Shown here piece after piece: positions 1 through 11,078 of a stretch of DNA of 64,000 nucleotides; the stretch's first letter is position 1; each line of letters opens with the position of its first letter. Origin of the DNA: an uncultured Alphaproteobacteria bacterium (GTDB taxonomy: Bacteria > Pseudomonadota > Alphaproteobacteria > RF32 > CAG-239). A program made the translations under genes and the position numbers. The notes below the pieces were generated by a model. It did no database searches, had not been told where the DNA came from, and worked only from the letters and a program-made list of their open reading frames with translations. The DNA lies in contig CALXZJ010000004.1 in NCBI GenBank assembly GCA_944393235.1, positions 4,162 through 68,161 on the forward strand, in the 5' to 3' direction.

Positions 1-1507
1 CACTTCCGAAAAACTGACCGAATACGCCAAACCGCTGGTGTTTTTCAGTCTTGAGTTAAACAGCGTGCCGGAAACTAAAATCAAAGAATGGCTGCAAGAC
101 AAACAGGTGGCGTTTTACAAACCGTTCCTCAAACGGGTGCGCAAATATAAAAAATACGAGCTTTCCGAAGCGGAGGAAGAAATTTTGCTCTTAAAAGCGG
201 TAACCTCATCGGAAGCCTGGGTGCGCCTGTATGAAGAAACCTCATCGCGTCTGGTGTATACGGTTGACGGCAAAAACTATAACGATGCCGAAATCACCAA
301 GCTAACCTTGGATAAAGATGCCAAACTGCGCCACAAAGCCGGTGCGGAAATCAACCGTGTTGCCAAAGAAAACGCGCCGTTTTTCACCTTTGTGTATAAC
401 ATGGTCATGAAAGACAAAGCCATAGAAGATGAAAAACGCGGTTTTAAAAAACCGATATCGGCGCGCAACTTGGCCGAAGATGTTTCGGACGCCTCGGTTG
501 AAGCTTTGGCTGAAACCGTCCGTGCCAATTACAAAAATATCGCCCATCGTTTTTATAAATTAAAAGCCAAATGGCTGGGCGTCAAAAAAATCAGCTATTG
601 GGACAGAAACGCGCCGCTGCCGTTTTCCGCTGATTATCATTACAGTTGGGACGAGGCGGTCAAAATCGTGCTGAAAGGCTATAATGAGTTTTCGCCTAAG
701 TTGGGCAAAATCGCCAAAGACTTTTTTGATTATGGCTGGATAGATGTTCCGCCGCGCGATGGCAAGCGGAGCGGGGCTTATTGCAGCGGTCCGCTGGCAA
801 GCGAACATCCGTATTTGTTCCTGAACTTTGTCGGCAAGCAAAACGATGTCTTGACCTTAGCGCATGAGCTCGGTCACGGCTGCCATCATCAGCTGCGCAT
901 GAAAAACGGCGAGCTGAACGAACATTCCCGCATGACCACCGAAGAGCTGGCGTCGGTTTTTGCCGAAATGCTGGTGTTTCAGGATATGCTGAAAGGCCTG
1001 GATGACGACAAAGCCAAGCTTTGCCTGATTGCTTCCAAGGTCAATGACATGATAAACACCGCCATTCGCCAGATAGCTTTTCACTTTTTTGAAACGAGAG
1101 CTCATGATGAACGCAAAAACGGAGAGGTTTCCGAACAGCGTTTGTGCGAGATTTGGCTTGAGGAAATGCAAGCCAGCCTTGGCAATTACGTGGATGTCGG
1201 CGAAGATTGCCGCTACATTTGGTCGCAAGTCGGACACTTTTTCTTCCTGCCGTTTTATGTGTACGCTTATTCGTATGCCGATTGTCTGGTCAATTCGCTC
1301 TATCAGGTAAAGCTGGAAGGCAAAGTCAAAGATTTTGCCGACAAATATCTGGCGTTGTTATCCAAAACCGCGCTTGAAGATTATGAAAAAATCTTCAAGC
1401 CGTTCGGCTTAAATCCGAACGAGGCAACTTTCTGGCAGAAAGGCTTAAACTTGATTTCATCTTACATTGATGAACTGGAAAGACTGGATAAAAAATTAAA
1501 GCTGTAA
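1..1507 (+). CDS. M3-family oligoendopeptidase F (PepF-like). The reading frame is open back to the window edge, so this is a 5'-truncated C-terminal part.
   Basis: HEXXH zinc motif (HELGHGCHH) in the expected position; length and composition fit PepF/M3B peptidases; no in-frame stop between nt 2 and 38, so the gene continues upstream of the window. Confidence 0.75.
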   Translation, partial: TSEKLTEYAKPLVFFSLELNSVPETKIKEWLQDKQVAFYKPFLKRVRKYKKYELSEAEEEILLLKAVTSSEAWVRLYEETSSRLVYTVDGKNYNDAEITKLTLDKDAKLRHKAGAEINRVAKENAPFFTFVYNMVMKDKAIEDEKRGFKKPISARNLAEDVSDASVEALAETVRANYKNIAHRFYKLKAKWLGVKKISYWDRNAPLPFSADYHYSWDEAVKIVLKGYNEFSPKLGKIAKDFFDYGWIDVPPRDGKRSGAYCSGPLASEHPYLFLNFVGKQNDVLTLAHELGHGCHHQLRMKNGELNEHSRMTTEELASVFAEMLVFQDMLKGLDDDKAKLCLIASKVNDMINTAIRQIAFHFFETRAHDERKNGEVSEQRLCEIWLEEMQASLGNYVDVGEDCRYIWSQVGHFFFLPFYVYAYSYADCLVNSLYQVKLEGKVKDFADKYLALLSKTALEDYEKIFKPFGLNPNEATFWQKGLNLISSYIDELERLDKKLKL

Positions 1508-1744
1508 GAAGCGGACAAACCAAATAAGGGGACAGATGCCAATCTGCTCCCTTATTTTTTGCGTCAAATGTTCACAATAGACCTTCGTTTAGTTAAAACG
1601 TTTTTGCGTTATCATAGTCAAAATAATTTTTATTGCAAAACTTTATATTTGAGCCTGTTTATAACTTACTGTTTTTGCGTAATTTTATGTTAATTTTAAA
1701 CGAACGTTTAAAGATGCAATAACATAAAAAAAGCAGGGTTTAAA

Positions 1745-4700
1745 ATGGACTTACGGACTTTAAAGGTATTAAGATTTTTTCATTTAATCAACAAGAAAGA
1801 ATATAATGAGAAACGGCAGATTGAACTTGTGAAAGCATCGCCGCTGTTTGATGCCAAGTGGTATTTGGAGCAAAACCCGGATGTCAAGGCCAAAAAAATC
1901 GGTGCAGCCAGGCATTATGTCAAATGGGGCTGGAAAGAAGGCCGCAACCCGGGTAAGGCATTTGATACAAAAGCCTATCTCAAACAATATCCCGAACTTT
2001 TAGAAAAAAACTGGTGCCCGCTGTTTCATTATATGCTTTTACACAAAGACTTAATTCTTCCGATAGATTGGCATGAAGTTTGGAGAAAATATTTCGGATA
2101 TATATATAAACTTTATGATGCATATGCCGTCAAATACGGGAAATACAAAGGGAAAAATCAAAACTATATTTTAATTGCCCGTTCAAAGTACTTTAACAAA
2201 CGCTGGTATTTAAAAATGTATCCGGATGTCAAAAAAGCCGGTGTCGATCCGGTAAAACATTATATGCAATTCGGGTGGAAAGAGGGGCGACATCCCGGAC
2301 CGAAATTTGATGGAAATGTATATCTTGATTTAAATGCCGATGTCAAACGAGCCAAAATAAATCCGCTGCTGCATTATGAAAAATATGGCAAAAAAGAAGG
2401 AAGAAAATTTAATATTACGCAAAATGTTTCCTTATCTCTCAGACGTAATTTTACTTTTGATGTGTATAAAGTATCAAGTGGTAATTTATATAAATTTGGA
2501 CATATAGTAAAGAATCAACCTTATTTTTCCATTATTATGCCAACATATAATCGCGATTTTTGCATTCAGAATGCCATACAATCTCTACTACATCAAACAT
2601 ATAAAAATTTTGAATTAATAATTGTTGATGATGGCTCGACAGACAATACAAAATCATTAATTCATACCATGTTTAATTTCGAGTTAGAATCCGGAAAAAT
2701 TAAATACATATACAAAGAAAATAGTGGTGTTTGTAAAACAAGGAATATAGGACTATCTCATGCTCATAATGAATGGATAGGATATTTAGATAGTGATAAT
2801 ATTTTGTTACCCCATTTTCTTGAAACGTTTGCTAAGGCTATTGTAAAAAACAAAAAAGCAAAAACTTTTTATGCTTGCTGGCAAAATTTCATTTCAAAAA
2901 AAATATTTAATCATAAATTTAATTACAACAAATTATGTGAGGAAAATTTTATAGATCTGGGAGTTTTTGTTCACCATAAGGAAGTCTATCAAGAATTCGG
3001 TGGCTTTGATGAGAAATTAACAAGATTGGTAGATTGGGAATTAATTTTACGCTATACACAAAAGTATGAACCTGTAATGTTGCCACATGTTGTAATGAGT
3101 TATAATGATACAAATGATTTTAAGCGCATTACAAATTCTATTTCATTAGATAATAATATGGCATATATTAAAAATAAATATTGTAAAAAATATAGTGTTT
3201 CATCAGGAAAAAGCGATTATGAATTAATTAAACAATCAAAATATTTTGATTCAGAATATTATTTGGCTAACAATCCTGATGTCAAGAAAGTCGGCGTAGA
3301 TCCGGTAAAACATTATCTCAAGTTCGGATGGAAAGAAAAGAGAACCCCTTCCTGTAATTGCGATGATATCGGATATTTGGAAAGGTATAAAAGTGTAAAA
3401 GCCGCAAACATAAATCCTTTGTTGCATTATGAGAAATATGGGAAATATCAGGGCTTTAGAATTGATGTTATTAAAGATTATTCGTTTTATGAACGCTTGC
3501 CGACATCAGAATACAAAAAAGAGCTTGCGCTTTGGTTTAAGGAAAAAACCGGAAAGAAATTGAATCTGAACAATCCGCAAACATATAACGAAAAGATTCA
3601 GTGGCTCAAACTTTATGATTCCACACCGATTAAAACCCGTCTGGCGGATAAATATCTGGTACGCGATTGGATAAAAGAAAAAATCGGCGAACAATATCTT
3701 ATCCCGCTCTTGGGCGTTTATGATAATTTTGATGAGATTGATTTTGCTAAATTGCCAAGCCGGTTTGTCATAAAAACAAATCATGGCAGCGGATATAATA
3801 TTATTGTTCCTGATAAATCGAAACTTGATTTAGCTGAGGCAAAACAAAAAGTTGATAAATGGATGAAAGAAAATTTCGCTTTCAAAGCAGGATTCGAACT
3901 ACAGTATCGAGACATGACGCCCAAAATCATTATTGAGAAATATATTGAAAATCAAAATGTGCAAGATTTATATGATTATAAGTTTTGGTGTTTCAATGGT
4001 AAAGTTAAATATATCCAGTTTTTATCAGAACGAAAAAATGGTCTGAAAATGGCTTTTTATAACACAAAATGGGAAAAACAAAATTTTGTATATAATTATC
4101 CGCTAGATACAAAAGATATCATAAAACCAGATAATTTGCACGATATGATTTTATTGGCGGAAAAACTATCTAAAGGCTTTAATCATGTCAGAATAGATTT
4201 TTATAGACTTGATGATGGAACAATTTATTTTGGGGAATATACTTTTACGAGTATGTCCGGTATCTGTAAATGGAATCTGAACAGTATAAATTCAGATTTT
4301 GGCAAATTCATCAAACTCCCTAAGCTCGCCTATGATATGGATCGCAAAGTATATTGCAAGCCTGAAGAGTGTTATAAACCCAACAAAATAGATATTAAAA
4401 GTATTTTAGCCCGTCCGGTTATACCAGATGACAGAAACCTGAAATTGACGATTGTCGTGCCGATATACAACGCTTTATCGGATGTGAAAAATTGTTTGAC
4501 CAGTTTGTTGGAAGCTAATTTGTTAAAACAAACCAAAGTCATATTGATGGATGATTGTTCAAACAAAGAAACCCAAAACTATTTGCAAAAATTTGCCAAT
4601 AAACATTCTAATTTCAAGTTATGCCGGAATAATCAAAATCTCGGTTTTATCAAAAATTGCAATAAAGGCATTGACCTGGCCAAAGGTGATATTGTCGTAT

Positions 4701-5239
4701 TGCTAAACAGTGATACAAAAGTCCCGCTTGGCTTTGACAAGCGTGTGTTGCAATGTTTCAAGTCGGACAAGAATATTGCTTTGGCTTCGCCTTTGAGCAT
4801 TCATTCCGGATTTTTCAAGATTCCCGAAAACAAAAAATACCAGTTGCCGCAGATAGATAAAATTGTGCAAAAAACTTCTGAAAACAAATATCCGCTGATA
4901 ACACCGGAAGGGTTTTGTTACGCGCTCCGCAAAGAAGTAACGGATAAAATCGGCAAATTAGATGAAATCTTCGGTATGGGGTATTGCGAAGAAGATGACT
5001 TGGATATGCGTGCTTTGCTGCATGGCTATCGCACGGTTTTAATTGATAATCTGATTGTTTATCACAAAAGCCATGCTTCTTTTTCATCAGAAAAAAGAGA
5101 GGAAATTTTGGAGCGGAACGTCATTAAATTTAAACGACGTTGGGATGTATACCAGCGTTTTGCACGTTTTGATATGAAAATGGACGAAACACTATCATAT
5201 TATAATAATAAATATAATAAATTAATTGGAAATATTTGA
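1745..5239 (+). CDS. Large multidomain glycosyltransferase. Architecture: N-terminal approx 60-aa repeats (HYxxxGWKEGRxP motif, at least 4 copies), then a GT2 domain, a TupA-like ATP-grasp domain, and a second GT2 domain.
   Basis: Two GT2-type signatures (IIMPTYNR...VDDGSTDNT and VVPIYNA...LMDDCSNKET); central region resembles TupA-like ATP-grasp proteins (NPQTYNEKIQWLKLYD...KTNHGSG); strong AT-rich promoter region upstream (1560-1740). Confidence 0.65.
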   Translation: MDLRTLKVLRFFHLINKKEYNEKRQIELVKASPLFDAKWYLEQNPDVKAKKIGAARHYVKWGWKEGRNPGKAFDTKAYLKQYPELLEKNWCPLFHYMLLHKDLILPIDWHEVWRKYFGYIYKLYDAYAVKYGKYKGKNQNYILIARSKYFNKRWYLKMYPDVKKAGVDPVKHYMQFGWKEGRHPGPKFDGNVYLDLNADVKRAKINPLLHYEKYGKKEGRKFNITQNVSLSLRRNFTFDVYKVSSGNLYKFGHIVKNQPYFSIIMPTYNRDFCIQNAIQSLLHQTYKNFELIIVDDGSTDNTKSLIHTMFNFELESGKIKYIYKENSGVCKTRNIGLSHAHNEWIGYLDSDNILLPHFLETFAKAIVKNKKAKTFYACWQNFISKKIFNHKFNYNKLCEENFIDLGVFVHHKEVYQEFGGFDEKLTRLVDWELILRYTQKYEPVMLPHVVMSYNDTNDFKRITNSISLDNNMAYIKNKYCKKYSVSSGKSDYELIKQSKYFDSEYYLANNPDVKKVGVDPVKHYLKFGWKEKRTPSCNCDDIGYLERYKSVKAANINPLLHYEKYGKYQGFRIDVIKDYSFYERLPTSEYKKELALWFKEKTGKKLNLNNPQTYNEKIQWLKLYDSTPIKTRLADKYLVRDWIKEKIGEQYLIPLLGVYDNFDEIDFAKLPSRFVIKTNHGSGYNIIVPDKSKLDLAEAKQKVDKWMKENFAFKAGFELQYRDMTPKIIIEKYIENQNVQDLYDYKFWCFNGKVKYIQFLSERKNGLKMAFYNTKWEKQNFVYNYPLDTKDIIKPDNLHDMILLAEKLSKGFNHVRIDFYRLDDGTIYFGEYTFTSMSGICKWNLNSINSDFGKFIKLPKLAYDMDRKVYCKPEECYKPNKIDIKSILARPVIPDDRNLKLTIVVPIYNALSDVKNCLTSLLEANLLKQTKVILMDDCSNKETQNYLQKFANKHSNFKLCRNNQNLGFIKNCNKGIDLAKGDIVVLLNSDTKVPLGFDKRVLQCFKSDKNIALASPLSIHSGFFKIPENKKYQLPQIDKIVQKTSENKYPLITPEGFCYALRKEVTDKIGKLDEIFGMGYCEEDDLDMRALLHGYRTVLIDNLIVYHKSHASFSSEKREEILERNVIKFKRRWDVYQRFARFDMKMDETLSYYNNKYNKLIGNI

Positions 5240-5251
5240 ATGAGGAAAGAC

Positions 5252-5968
5252 ATGAAAATCGCAATTCATTTTCATATATTTTATGAAGATTTATATTCAC
5301 AAGTAGCTGAATGTATTAAAAATATTGATGAGCCTTATGATTTATTTATATCATACGTAAATGAAGGAAGTTTTTTAAAAAAAATAATAACAGATTTTCC
5401 TAATGCCATAGTTTCTAAAGTCCCGAACAAAGGATTTGATGTGGGACCTTTTATAGACTTTATCAATCATTTGGATTTAAATAAATATACACATATTATA
5501 AAACTACATACAAAAAGAAATGTTCCTTATTATGATTACCAAAACAATTTTCCTATATATAATAATTTGTGGCGTGAATTGCTTTTGAATTTTATCCGAG
5601 TACCTGCCAATTGGCAGAGAACCAAAAGGTGTTTTTATAATTCTAAAGTAGCAATGGTAGCAGATGGAAGATTGATATTATACAAAGGTAAAAAAAATGA
5701 ATATCGAATATTTCAAGAAGCTGTAACATATGCAAAAAAACATTTACTTCATTTAAATAAATATCCGTTGTTTGTTGCCGGTACGATGTTTATGTCCAGA
5801 GCAGATATTTTTAAATCTATTCAAAACAAATATACAATTGATGATTTTGATGTGGTTAAATCACATGGTACAAGTTTGGCTCATATCTTTGAACGTTTGT
5901 TAGGGTTTTGCGCATGCACGAATGGAAATACTATTGTAGATTTTGCATCTACGGATAATCATTTGTAA
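5252..5968 (+). CDS. Rhamnan-synthesis RgpF-like polysaccharide biosynthesis protein (short form).
   Basis: N-terminal KIAIHFHIFYEDL motif typical of RgpF-family proteins; translationally coupled to the upstream GT (stop 5237-5239, RBS gaggaaaga before ATG 5252). Confidence 0.45.
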   Translation: MKIAIHFHIFYEDLYSQVAECIKNIDEPYDLFISYVNEGSFLKKIITDFPNAIVSKVPNKGFDVGPFIDFINHLDLNKYTHIIKLHTKRNVPYYDYQNNFPIYNNLWRELLLNFIRVPANWQRTKRCFYNSKVAMVADGRLILYKGKKNEYRIFQEAVTYAKKHLLHLNKYPLFVAGTMFMSRADIFKSIQNKYTIDDFDVVKSHGTSLAHIFERLLGFCACTNGNTIVDFASTDNHL

Positions 5969-6083
5969 AATAGAAAGATACAACGATGATAGATTTAGCA
6001 ATTGTTGCGATTATGAAAAACATGGCAAAAAAGAAGATCGAAAACTCTCTTTATAAGTTTATCTTTTGATTAAGAGAAAAAAC

Positions 6084-6126
6084 ACAAAACTGAAACGGCA
6101 TTTTTCATTTAAGAAAGATGCCGTTG
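6084..6126. terminator. Hairpin between convergent genes (RgpF-like + and atpC -).
   Basis: Inverted repeat acggcat...atgccgt with long loop, flanked by A/T runs; lies between two convergent 3' ends. Confidence 0.4.
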
Positions 6127-6148
6127 ATAAGTTTTAAATCAATTTTTT

Positions 6149-6496
6149 CTATCCGAAAACTTTAAGATAATCATATACTTTTTGGTAAAAAGCGTCATCC
6201 TTGGCTTTTTCTTCCGCCTGGCTTAAGGAAAAGCTTTCCAGATTGACAGCTTTGTCGGTTGCAACCACGCACTCGTTGTCAGCAATATCGGCAAAGCCGC
6301 CGTTGATAAACCACCGCTTAACCGTACGATTGCTTTTATCCAACAGCTGCACCGCGCCGGTTCTCAGCAACAACATGGTCGGTGCGCGTTCTTCAATTAC
6401 GGTAAATGTGCCGCTTTCAATCGGCAAAACGATTTTATCATCATTACCCTGCTGTAAATTCTTGTCGGGAAGACATATTTTCAAACGGACGGTCAT
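6149..6496 (-). CDS. atpC: ATP synthase F1 epsilon subunit.
   Basis: 115 aa, last gene of the atpHAGDC block; sequence fits the epsilon beta-sandwich plus C-terminal helix. Confidence 0.85.
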   Translation of the reverse strand: MTVRLKICLPDKNLQQGNDDKIVLPIESGTFTVIEERAPTMLLLRTGAVQLLDKSNRTVKRWFINGGFADIADNECVVATDKAVNLESFSLSQAEEKAKDDAFYQKVYDYLKVFG

Positions 6497-6517
6497 GCTT
6501 TACAACTCCGATATGTT

Positions 6518-8029
<1,512 letters not shown>

Positions 8030-8953
8030 TTACAGTGCTTCCGCACCGGAAATAATTTCTGTCAGTTCGGTCGTGATGGCCGATTGCCGAATACTGTTAT
8101 ATTTTAAGGTCAAATTACTGATAATATCTTTGGCGTTGCGAGTGGCGTTATCCATTGAAGCCATACGCGCGCCCTGTTCGGAGGCTTGCGCATTCAACAC
8201 GGCTGCAAAAATGGAATTTTCCGCCCAAAGAGCAAGCAATTTTTCAAGCAAACTTATTTTGTCGGGATAATAATCATAATAAGCATTACCGACGCGCAAA
8301 AGGTTTTGATCTTCTTCTGCTGTCGATTCCGCAATTTCTGATGCAATCGGATAAATTTGCCGCGCCTTGATTTCGCGGCTCAAAGCCGAATAAAAACGGC
8401 TGTAAACGATTTCGCACACGTCATAATCGTTTTCTTGCATCAGGCTTGTGATTTTACCTTTTACTTCAAGCGCTTCCGTATAGGACAAATCTTGTGCACC
8501 GGCACCGGCAAAATTTTCGGTAATGATATCGGCATATTGCTTTTTTAAGATATTAAACGCTTTTTTACCGTAGCAAACAACATTAACGTCTTTGCCCGCT
8601 GCCGTCAATTCACGAATACGCGCCGCCGCCGTCTTGGCAACATTATGATTATAACTTCCGCACAAGCCGCGGTCGGAAGAAAAGACCAACAGCAAATATT
8701 TTTGTGCGTTAGATTTCTGCCGCAGCAAAGCCGGCGGCATATAAATAATTTTTTTCTCGGCTTCTTCGGCGCGAATGGCGGCATTTGTCCGCTTAATGGC
8801 TGTTGCCAAAGCTTCGGAATAAGGCCGGTTGCGTTCCAGCATTGTTTCTGCCTTACGCAGCCGCGAAGCCGCCACCATTTTCATCGCCGAAGTGATTTTT
8901 TGGGTGGATTTAATGCTTTCCAAACGGTTGCGTAATTCCTTTAACCCTGCCAT
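8030..8953 (-). CDS. atpG: ATP synthase F1 gamma subunit.
   Basis: 307 aa; conserved gamma N-terminus (LKELRNRL.S.K.T.KIT.AMKMVAA.RL.KA) and C-terminal ITxELxEIxxGA motif. Confidence 0.95.
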   Translation of the reverse strand: MAGLKELRNRLESIKSTQKITSAMKMVAASRLRKAETMLERNRPYSEALATAIKRTNAAIRAEEAEKKIIYMPPALLRQKSNAQKYLLLVFSSDRGLCGSYNHNVAKTAAARIRELTAAGKDVNVVCYGKKAFNILKKQYADIITENFAGAGAQDLSYTEALEVKGKITSLMQENDYDVCEIVYSRFYSALSREIKARQIYPIASEIAESTAEEDQNLLRVGNAYYDYYPDKISLLEKLLALWAENSIFAAVLNAQASEQGARMASMDNATRNAKDIISNLTLKYNSIRQSAITTELTEIISGAEAL

Positions 8954-8955
8954 AT

Positions 8956-10506
8956 TTAAGCCGCCTTTGCTTTCTGGTTAAATGTTTCGCTCTGCTCAGC
9001 GTAAAAAGCTTTCAAGTTTTCTTCCAGTTCCGGCGAAATAACCTTTTTCTCACGAATTTCTTTCAGCCATTCCGGATGCTGAACTTTCAATGTTTTCAAG
9101 CTTTCTTCCTCAAACAATTTAATATCTTTGATTTCCAATTTATCCAAAAATCCTTTAACGCCGGAGAATATGGACACAACCTCATCTTCCACCGCCATCG
9201 GGTGATAAACCGGCTGTTTTAAAAGCTCGGTTAAACGTGCACCGCGATCTAACAAGCGTTTGGTTGAAGCTTCCAAATCGGAGGCAAATTGGGCAAAGGC
9301 TGCCATTTCGCGATATTGCGCCAGATCAAGTTTCATACTGCCGGCCACCTGCTTCATGGCTTTGATTTGCGCCGCCGAACCCACGCGGCTGACCGAGATA
9401 CCGACATTGACCGCCGGCCGGATGCCCTGATAGAACAAAGCGTTTTCCAAAAAGATTTGTCCGTCGGTAATGGAAATAACGTTGGTCGGAATATACGCCG
9501 AAACATCACCTGCTTGCGTTTCAATCACGGGCAGGGCGGTTAAAGATCCGGCGCCTTCCTCATCGCTCATTTTTGCCGCACGCTCCAACAAACGCGAGTG
9601 CAGATAAAACACATCGCCCGGATAAGCCTCACGCCCCGGCGGACGGCGCAGCAGCAAAGACATCTGACGATATGCCGTTGCTTGTTTGGACAAGTCATCA
9701 TAAAAGATAACCGCGTGCATGCCGTTATCACGGAAATATTCGCCCATCGCGCAGCCCGCGTACGGAGCAATGTATTGCAGCGGGGCCGATTCGGAAGCGG
9801 TTGCCGCCACCACGATGGTATAATCCATAGCGCCGTGGTCTTTTAAGGTTTTAACCACCTGTGCCACGGTGGAACGCTTTTGCCCGACGGCGACATAAAT
9901 GCAGTATAATTTTTCTTTTTCGGATTTTGCCGTATCGTTCACGCGTTTCTGATTGATAATGGTGTCTAATATAATAGAGGTCTTGCCAGTTTGTCGGTCG
10001 CCGATAATCAGCTCACGCTGGCCGCGTCCGATAGGTATCAGCGAGTCAATAATTTTCAAACCTGTTTGCACCGGCTCATGCACACTGCGCCGCGCAATAA
10101 TGCCGGGGGCTTTAACTTCCGCATTGCTGAACTGTTTGGCTTTAATCTCACCCAAACCGTCAATCGGTTCGCCCAAGGCGTTGACCACGCGGCCCAAAAG
10201 CTCCTTGCCGACCGGCACGCTGACGATGGTGTCGGTGCGCTTGACCAAATCGCCTTCTTTAATGCTCTCATCCGAACCGAAAATCACGACGCCGACGCTG
10301 TTTTCTTCCAGATTGAGCGCCATGCCTTTAACCCCGGAAGCAAATTCAACCATTTCGTTGGATTGCACATTGTCCAGACCATAGACCTGGGCAATACCAT
10401 CGCCGACTGACAACACGCGCCCCACTTCGCTCATATCGGTTTCCAAACCGTACTCGGCAATTTTTTGTTCTAAAATCGATGAAATTTCGTCAGCTTGTAT
10501 AGACAT
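8956..10506 (-). CDS. atpA: ATP synthase F1 alpha subunit.
   Basis: Walker A GDRQTGKT; 516 aa; canonical alpha-subunit sequence throughout. Confidence 0.97.
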   Translation of the reverse strand: MSIQADEISSILEQKIAEYGLETDMSEVGRVLSVGDGIAQVYGLDNVQSNEMVEFASGVKGMALNLEENSVGVVIFGSDESIKEGDLVKRTDTIVSVPVGKELLGRVVNALGEPIDGLGEIKAKQFSNAEVKAPGIIARRSVHEPVQTGLKIIDSLIPIGRGQRELIIGDRQTGKTSIILDTIINQKRVNDTAKSEKEKLYCIYVAVGQKRSTVAQVVKTLKDHGAMDYTIVVAATASESAPLQYIAPYAGCAMGEYFRDNGMHAVIFYDDLSKQATAYRQMSLLLRRPPGREAYPGDVFYLHSRLLERAAKMSDEEGAGSLTALPVIETQAGDVSAYIPTNVISITDGQIFLENALFYQGIRPAVNVGISVSRVGSAAQIKAMKQVAGSMKLDLAQYREMAAFAQFASDLEASTKRLLDRGARLTELLKQPVYHPMAVEDEVVSIFSGVKGFLDKLEIKDIKLFEEESLKTLKVQHPEWLKEIREKKVISPELEENLKAFYAEQSETFNQKAKAA

Positions 10507-10507
10507 C

Positions 10508-11056
10508 TTATGCTTTACCTTTCATAATCTGTTCCAAACGGTTTAATTTTCCGGAAAGTGAATCGTCAATGCGGACAGAACCGTATTGGACGACAAGCCC
10601 GCCCAGAATATCGGGATTAATATTATAATTAACAACAATTTTTTGATTCAAAATTTTTTCCAAATTTTGCTGTAATCTTTTTTCTTGTTCGCTTGTGAGT
10701 TTTTGCACGCTTTCGACATTAATTTCACAAACGCCGTTTTCTTTATAATAAATATGCTTAAATTGTTCCAATGCTGCTTTTAAAACGTCTAAGCGTCTGT
10801 TTTGCGCCAGTAATGTTAAAAAGTTGGCAGAAGGTTGCGAAAGTTCCAAAGTTTTGGCAATTTGCTTCATAACTTCGTTTTTATCTTGTGTTTGCCAAGC
10901 CGGATTATTAAGCGCTTTTAACTCGGAAATATTAAAGTTCTCGGCAAGCTTTTTGCAGTCCTGAAAAGTTTCTTTGAGCAAGTTTTTATCCGCAGCGGCG
11001 TCAAACAATGCCTGCGCATAATTTTTAGCAATTGCGATTTTAGAAACTTTTTTCAT
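10508..11056 (-). CDS. atpH: ATP synthase F1 delta (OSCP) subunit.
   Basis: 182 aa directly upstream of atpA with 1-nt spacing; OSCP-like helical N-terminus. The atpH-A-G-D-C order without atpBEF is typical of Alphaproteobacteria. Confidence 0.85.
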   Translation of the reverse strand: MKKVSKIAIAKNYAQALFDAAADKNLLKETFQDCKKLAENFNISELKALNNPAWQTQDKNEVMKQIAKTLELSQPSANFLTLLAQNRRLDVLKAALEQFKHIYYKENGVCEINVESVQKLTSEQEKRLQQNLEKILNQKIVVNYNINPDILGGLVVQYGSVRIDDSLSGKLNRLEQIMKGKA

Positions 11057-11078
11057 TCATTCTCCATCCCATTCTATA

